This document shows, piece by piece, positions 37,608 through 42,049 of a DNA stretch of 42,049 nt. Below the pieces are notes generated by a model. It was not told the DNA's origin. It did no database searches and was given only the letters and a program-made list of their open reading frames with translations. The translations under genes and the position numbers were made by a program. The DNA lies in NCBI GenBank assembly GCA_039803205.1, contig JBDRYB010000016.1, positions 1 to 42,049 of the forward strand. The letters run 5' to 3'. Position 1 is the first letter of the stretch; every line of letters begins with the position of its first letter. Source of the DNA: a candidate division WOR-3 bacterium (GTDB taxonomy: Bacteria; Hydrothermota; Hydrothermia; JBDRYB01).

Positions 37608-39152
37608 CTATTTTACGACTGCCTTGCCTTTATAAACGGGAGAATTTCCTTCAATCGTTCCCACAATCCATATGTAGGCTCCTGCCCCAAGAGGTATCCG
37701 GTTCTGGCCCTTTTTTATCTCCCCTGAATAAAGTATTTGGCCATTAGGCGAGTATATCTTTATCCGCATGGCATCAGGAGAATTAACTAGCATTGCTCCG
37801 GGGACAAAAGAACAAGTTATTCCTTGATTTGGGCTCTTGGGGTTCAACTCTTTTACATCTTGAGAAGCGCAGGCATCTTTTACTGTTAAGGCGGATGCAG
37901 TGATGGCGATTGCAGGGTCCAAGCTTAAAGGGGATGCATCGTTAACTATGATAGGGGACGAAATCGCGTTCAGAGGGGGACTCATCACCGTTAGGGAAGA
38001 TTCCTGGACGCATCCCGGATAATTCCCATTGCGGTCAAGCCTCAAAACAAAAAAATCCTCCATTCCAGCGCTAAAACTCCATGTGTATCCAGCGACAGCA
38101 TAGCCTCCGTCCGCAGTCTGTATCACGGAGCTGGCAAGGTCACTGCTTGTTCCCCCGAATGTCCTTGTCCACGAGGGGTTTCCGGAGGGATCTAGCTTGA
38201 GAACCAAAAAATCACCACCTGTGCCAAGGCTTTCTGTGTAGCCGGCAACAGCATATCCCCCATCCACTGTCTGGATTATGGAGTATGCCCCATCCCAACG
38301 CGTCCCTCCGAATGTTTTCGCCAAGGAGAGGTTCCCTGAGGGATCAAGTTTAACGAACAAGAGATCATTATCCCCAGCTCCAAAACTGTATGTCCTTCCA
38401 ACCACTGCATATCCTTGATCCGTGGTCTGGATTATGGACCAGGCTTCCTCGTAGTCCGTTCCACCAAATTTCTTTGCCCAGGATAGGTTTCCTGATGCAT
38501 CAAGTTTAATAACTAGAAAATCCCATCCCGCGCCAAAGCTGTAGGTGAACCCTGCCACAGCATAACCCCCATCCTGGGTCTGGACTATTGAATAGGCCTT
38601 CTCTTCGTCCATTGTCCCGGGCCCTCCGAATGTCTTTGCCCACAAAAGGTTTCCTGACGCATCCAATCTTATAACAAGGAAATCGCATTCGCCCGCGCCA
38701 AAGCTGTAGGTGAACCCTGCCACAGCATAACCGCCATCCTGGGTCTGGACTATTGAATAGGCCCGTTCCTCGTCAGTTCCTCCAAATGTTTTCGCCCAAG
38801 ACAGGTTACCTGAGGGGTCAAGCTTGAAGACGAGAAAGTCATAAAGACCTGCGCCAAAACTCCATGTTCTTCCCGCAACAGCATAACCTCCATCCATTGT
38901 TTTGATCACGGACACAGCACCATCATTACTCTGTCCTCCAAAGGTTTTTGCCCAGTCTATGGTGCCATCCGAGTCAATCTTTAAGACGAGGCAATCATAG
39001 GCTCCCGCGCCAAAACCGGAGGTAGAGCCCGCTATTATATAGCCTCCATCCTGGTTCTGAGCTATTGAACCCACATAGTCGTAATCAGCACCTCCATATG
39101 CCCTTGCGAATAGAACCTGTCCGATCAGCAAGCTTATCAAAGATGCTGTCAT
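37608..39152 (-). CDS. secreted beta-propeller repeat protein with CTD-like tail
   Basis: About 7 repeats of ~55 aa (WAKTFGG..D..AYSI.QT.DGGYAVAG.T.SFGAG..DFLV.KLD.SGNL). Tail IYSPNGQ...GAYIW...KAVVK. Confidence 0.85.
   Translation of the reverse strand: MTASLISLLIGQVLFARAYGGADYDYVGSIAQNQDGGYIIAGSTSGFGAGAYDCLVLKIDSDGTIDWAKTFGGQSNDGAVSVIKTMDGGYAVAGRTWSFGAGLYDFLVFKLDPSGNLSWAKTFGGTDEERAYSIVQTQDGGYAVAGFTYSFGAGECDFLVIRLDASGNLLWAKTFGGPGTMDEEKAYSIVQTQDGGYAVAGFTYSFGAGWDFLVIKLDASGNLSWAKKFGGTDYEEAWSIIQTTDQGYAVVGRTYSFGAGDNDLLFVKLDPSGNLSLAKTFGGTRWDGAYSIIQTVDGGYAVAGYTESLGTGGDFLVLKLDPSGNPSWTRTFGGTSSDLASSVIQTADGGYAVAGYTWSFSAGMEDFFVLRLDRNGNYPGCVQESSLTVMSPPLNAISSPIIVNDASPLSLDPAIAITASALTVKDACASQDVKELNPKSPNQGITCSFVPGAMLVNSPDAMRIKIYSPNGQILYSGEIKKGQNRIPLGAGAYIWIVGTIEGNSPVYKGKAVVK
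38527..38763. repeat. intragenic 72-bp direct repeat (71/72 identical)
   Basis: 38527-38598 versus 38692-38763, with a single synonymous C/G difference. Confidence 0.85.
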
Positions 39153-39249
39153 GTCAAAACCTCCGTTTTATTCTCGTTTCCAAAAAACGCGGGCTGGCCA
39201 GGCCCTCCCAGGAGGCGTTCTAACCCTCTGGCCAGCCCGCTGTTTGGTC
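39153..39249 (-). promoter_or_regulatory. intergenic hairpin element, copy A (anti-SD-like loop with downstream SD)
   Basis: Stem GCGGGCTGGCCAG/CTGGCCAGCCCGC at 39189-39240, loop containing GCCTCC, then GTTTTTTGGAAAC...GGAGGTTTTGAC-ATG. Confidence 0.7.
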
Positions 39250-40791
39250 TCATCTCACCACCGCCTTGCCTTTGTAATTCTCAACACTCCAGATATATAC
39301 CCCCTGATCAAGGGGTATCCGGTTCTGGCCCTTTTCAAGCTTTCCGAAGTAGGCCAGCCTTCCATCTGCCGAATAGAGCCTTATGTCCATGACATCGGGA
39401 GAAATGAGAAGCAGACCTCCGGCCAGGGACAAGCAGGTTATTCCGGCATGAGAGCCAGAGCCGACCTCACCAACATCCTCGTAAACAGGCTCACACGCCT
39501 CTATCACTGTTGGGTTTATTGCCAGTATCTGCATGGTCGGGATGTTGACTGCCGGAGAGCAATCCGCGCCCACGATAGGTGAGGATATTTCAAGGGCGGG
39601 AACGGTCGTTAATGGAGAACATTCCAGAACGCAGTCGGCATAGTTACCCTCAGAATCCAGCCTGAGAACGAGGATATCAGGGCCTACAGCGCCGAAGTTG
39701 GCCGTATATCCAGCTACAACACAGCCTCCATCCGTGGTCCGGGTTACTGAGTGAGCTTCATCGTTAGCCGCTCCTCCAAATGTTCTGGCCCACTGGAACG
39801 CGCCATCTTTGGCCATCTTGACCAGGAGGCAATCATACTGACCTATGCCAAAACTCAATGTAGAACCCGCAATAACATAACCTTCGTCCGCGGTCTGGGT
39901 TACCGAGTAGGCATAGTCCCAGTTCTCTCCCCCGAACGCCTTCGTCCATTCCAGGCCGCCATCCGAGTCCAGCTTGACCACGAGAAAATCCGGAACCCCA
40001 ACGCCAAAGCTCCCCGTGAATCCACCGACAAAATAACCTCCATCCGCGGTCTGGGTTATGGAGTAGGCAAAATCACCACCTGCGCCGCCAAAGGTTTTTG
40101 CCCAGTCCAGGCCGCCATCCGAATCCAGCTTCAGGACGAGGAAATCCTGGCTCCCGGCACCGAAGCTTCCCGTATATCCTGCAACAACAAGACCTCCATC
40201 CGTGGCCTGGATTACGCACCAGGCGGCATCATCCCCCGTTCCACCGAAGGTTTTTGCCCAGACCAGGCCGCCATCCGAGTCCAGTTTAAGGACAAGGAAA
40301 TCGTACCCACCTGCGCCAAAACTCAGCGTAGAACCCGCAACCGCATAGCCGTCCGTGGTCTGGACAACTGAGTAGCCATAATCAGTGCCCGGCCCGCCAA
40401 AGGTTTTTGCCCATACGATGTTGGAGCCGTCCGAGTTTATCTTCAGGACGAGAAAATCATCCAGACCAGCGCCATAGCTCTGTGTCCGTCCCACGATAAC
40501 ATAACCTCCATCCGTGGTTTGGATTACGGAATAGGCGCGTTCGTTTTTCAAAGTAGCTCCGCCGAACCCCTTGGCCCATTGGAGCGCACCGTTCGGGTCA
40601 AGCTTCAGGACGAAGAAATTGCCATCACTTTGGCCAAAACTCCTCGTGTATCCAGCAATAGCAAACCCCCCGTCCGTGGTCTGGACTATGGCGTTGGGAT
40701 AATCCGCGTAATCGGTGCTAGTTCCACCATAGGCCCTGGCGAAAAGGGTCAAAGACATCAGGATGTTCGTGGTTAAGAAAAAGATTGGCAC
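39250..40791 (-). CDS. secreted beta-propeller repeat protein with CTD-like tail (paralog of 37608-39152)
   Basis: Same repeat type as its neighbour. Start moved to GTG 40791 after SD AGGAGG. Tail LYSADGRL...GVYIW...KAVVR. Confidence 0.85.
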   Translation of the reverse strand: MPIFFLTTNILMSLTLFARAYGGTSTDYADYPNAIVQTTDGGFAIAGYTRSFGQSDGNFFVLKLDPNGALQWAKGFGGATLKNERAYSVIQTTDGGYVIVGRTQSYGAGLDDFLVLKINSDGSNIVWAKTFGGPGTDYGYSVVQTTDGYAVAGSTLSFGAGGYDFLVLKLDSDGGLVWAKTFGGTGDDAAWCVIQATDGGLVVAGYTGSFGAGSQDFLVLKLDSDGGLDWAKTFGGAGGDFAYSITQTADGGYFVGGFTGSFGVGVPDFLVVKLDSDGGLEWTKAFGGENWDYAYSVTQTADEGYVIAGSTLSFGIGQYDCLLVKMAKDGAFQWARTFGGAANDEAHSVTRTTDGGCVVAGYTANFGAVGPDILVLRLDSEGNYADCVLECSPLTTVPALEISSPIVGADCSPAVNIPTMQILAINPTVIEACEPVYEDVGEVGSGSHAGITCLSLAGGLLLISPDVMDIRLYSADGRLAYFGKLEKGQNRIPLDQGVYIWSVENYKGKAVVR

Positions 40792-40892
40792 GATGAAACC
40801 TCCTTGAGGGTTTTTGTTTCCAAGAACAAGATGGGCCGGCCGGGTTTTAGGGAGGTGCGATGCAATGTTGCCGGCCGGCCCATGGTATTTGT
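40792..40892 (-). promoter_or_regulatory. intergenic hairpin element, copy B
   Basis: Stem ATGGGCCGGCCGG/CCGGCCGGCCCAT at 40831-40883, loop containing CACCTCCC, then CTTGTTCTTGGAAACAAAAACC...AGGAGGTTTCATC-GTG. Confidence 0.7.
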
Positions 40893-41744
40893 TCACCTTA
40901 TCATCAGCCTGCCTGAACAGGCCTGATCGCCAGCAGAGAGCAGATAGAAGTATACACCGGGATCAAGGATCACGTTCTTAGTCATGTAGAAGTCTGTTTC
41001 AAGCACTGTCCTTCCAGAAGCGTCGTAGATGGAGAGTATGCCCTTCTCAGCGCCTGATATCGTGAAGGACACAAGGCCATCAGAGGGATTAGGATACACC
41101 CTGAAGGATACAGGTTTTGACGCCTCACCTTCGGCCACATCCGTTGTCTGAAGCACGGCCCTTATCATGAGGTCGCCCCGGAAAGCGCCTTCCCACCATC
41201 CATCAGGGCCATAGAAGTATATGTGGCCGTCTTGGTGAGCATCATACCCCGTAGAATAGAGCAAGTCGAAATTCGTGTTGCTCCACCCCACATATACATA
41301 GCCCGGATTGATGCTGATTCCGTAAGCGCTGACATCTATGGGATTCCAGGCGTAATAGGTCAAATCCGTTTTGCGTCCGGATGCCAGAACCGTGCCAGGT
41401 GAACCCCCTGTTCCATCATCATTCCAGACATACCAGTCCAATGGAGCATAGGCCTGATTGGCATTCCCAGGATAATAGAGCAGGGTGGTTATCTGTCCAG
41501 CTTTGCTTACTGGGAGCTGCATTGCTACCATTATTTCATAACCCCCAGCAATAATATCCTCGCCGGCCATCACGCCATCATCAACCTTGAGGGTCTCAGC
41601 CCCGGGCAGATAGAAGGGCCTGTAGTCGCCAGATACCCTGGTAGGCGTGAGCACCACGGGGTTGCTCACGAGATTCTCAGCCCTCACCGCTGAGCCACAG
41701 ACCCACAGGTTGAACATGCACATAGTCAAGATACATCCTGTCAT
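40893..41744 (-). CDS. secreted protein with T9SS type A-like sorting domain
   Basis: Tail VYPNPS...IYDASGR...PGVYFY...RLMIR. SD GGGAGG. Confidence 0.82.
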   Translation of the reverse strand: MTGCILTMCMFNLWVCGSAVRAENLVSNPVVLTPTRVSGDYRPFYLPGAETLKVDDGVMAGEDIIAGGYEIMVAMQLPVSKAGQITTLLYYPGNANQAYAPLDWYVWNDDGTGGSPGTVLASGRKTDLTYYAWNPIDVSAYGISINPGYVYVGWSNTNFDLLYSTGYDAHQDGHIYFYGPDGWWEGAFRGDLMIRAVLQTTDVAEGEASKPVSFRVYPNPSDGLVSFTISGAEKGILSIYDASGRTVLETDFYMTKNVILDPGVYFYLLSAGDQACSGRLMIR

Positions 41745-41847
41745 GACAAAACCTCCCTATGGTTTTGTTTTTTGCGATGCACAAAGGGCTGGCCAGAGTA
41801 GGGAAATGGGAGGTGAGGTAGAGATATTCTCCGGCCGGCCCGAAAGA
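41745..41847 (-). promoter_or_regulatory. intergenic hairpin element, copy C
   Basis: Stem GGGCCGGCCGGAG/CTCTGGCCAGCCC at 41786-41841, loop containing CCTCACCTCCC, then TTTGTG...AAAAAACAAAACC...GGGAGGTTTTGTC-ATG. Confidence 0.7.
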
Positions 41848-42049
41848 TCATCTTATTACCTTAAGGGTTTTCGTCTGGCCTTCAAACCTGAGAACGGCCA
41901 GGTAGACGCCTTTGGTTTCCGTGTTTAAGCTGAAGGCGTGATCCCCTGCTGAAAGGACACCATCGTAAAGGTTCTCTGTCAGGCGACCCGAGCCGTCATA
42001 AACAGAAAGGGAGACGCGGGCCTCTTTCGGAAGACAAAGGTAAAGATCA
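41848..42049 (-). CDS. 3' end of another protein with T9SS-like C-terminal domain (partial)
   Basis: My translation: ...LPKEARVSLSVYDGSGRLTENLYDGVLSAGDHAFSLNTETKGVYLAVLRFEGQTKTLKVIR*, stop at 41848-41850. Confidence 0.8.
   Translation of the reverse strand, partial: DLYLCLPKEARVSLSVYDGSGRLTENLYDGVLSAGDHAFSLNTETKGVYLAVLRFEGQTKTLKVIR

Noticed and set aside
39151..40776. Antisense ORFs of 143, 206 and 85 aa, and similar antisense ORFs over ppdK, pnp and the oxidoreductase
   Set aside because: They lie opposite well-supported genes, lack motifs or RBS, and are expected from codon bias.
37608..40791. DGR template/variable repeat or CRISPR array in the repetitive region
   Set aside because: The repeats are in-frame propeller blades with no unique spacers. 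No adenine-specific mismatch pattern is evident, and no reverse transcriptase or cas gene is in the window.
40792..40896. N-terminal extension MNKYHGPAG... given by the ORF track
   Set aside because: It spans the intergenic hairpin; a strong SD supports GTG 40791. Read-through coupling from the overlapping GTGA cannot be fully excluded.
39189..41841. Reading the three hairpins as MITE/REP elements or attC sites
   Set aside because: There are no target duplications, no GTTRRRY cores and no transposase or integrase. Fixed orientation and distance to the SD favour an RNA-level role.

Overview
This is a gene-dense chromosomal segment of a diderm (Gram-negative-type) bacterium with moderately high GC. 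The gene mix (PPDK, thiolase/crotonase, LolCDE, TonB, many secreted repeat proteins with Por/T9SS-like C-terminal domains) resembles FCB-adjacent lineages such as candidate phylum WOR-3; that placement is inference only. Housekeeping genes (ppdK, lysS-lolE-lolD, rph, rpsO-pnp) alternate with accessory loci. I found no tRNA, rRNA, CRISPR array, transposase or integrase. Highlights: (1) a GC-rich hairpin repeated three times between tandem secreted-protein genes, with an anti-Shine-Dalgarno-like loop placed 24-29 nt before each gene's own SD; (2) an operon of two Pol-beta-type nucleotidyltransferase-like genes plus a GT4 glycosyltransferase and a methyltransferase; (3) a TPR + wHTH/BTAD-like regulator facing a promoter with SARP-like geometry (9-bp direct repeats, 11-bp period, 8 bp from the -10); (4) an AT-richer methyltransferase + endonuclease cassette with ATGA overlaps at both junctions; (5) near-absence of ACGT and GTAC and depletion of TCGA; (6) many apparently leaderless genes; (7) unusually short signal peptides on the CTD-bearing proteins. 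All counts were made by eye.
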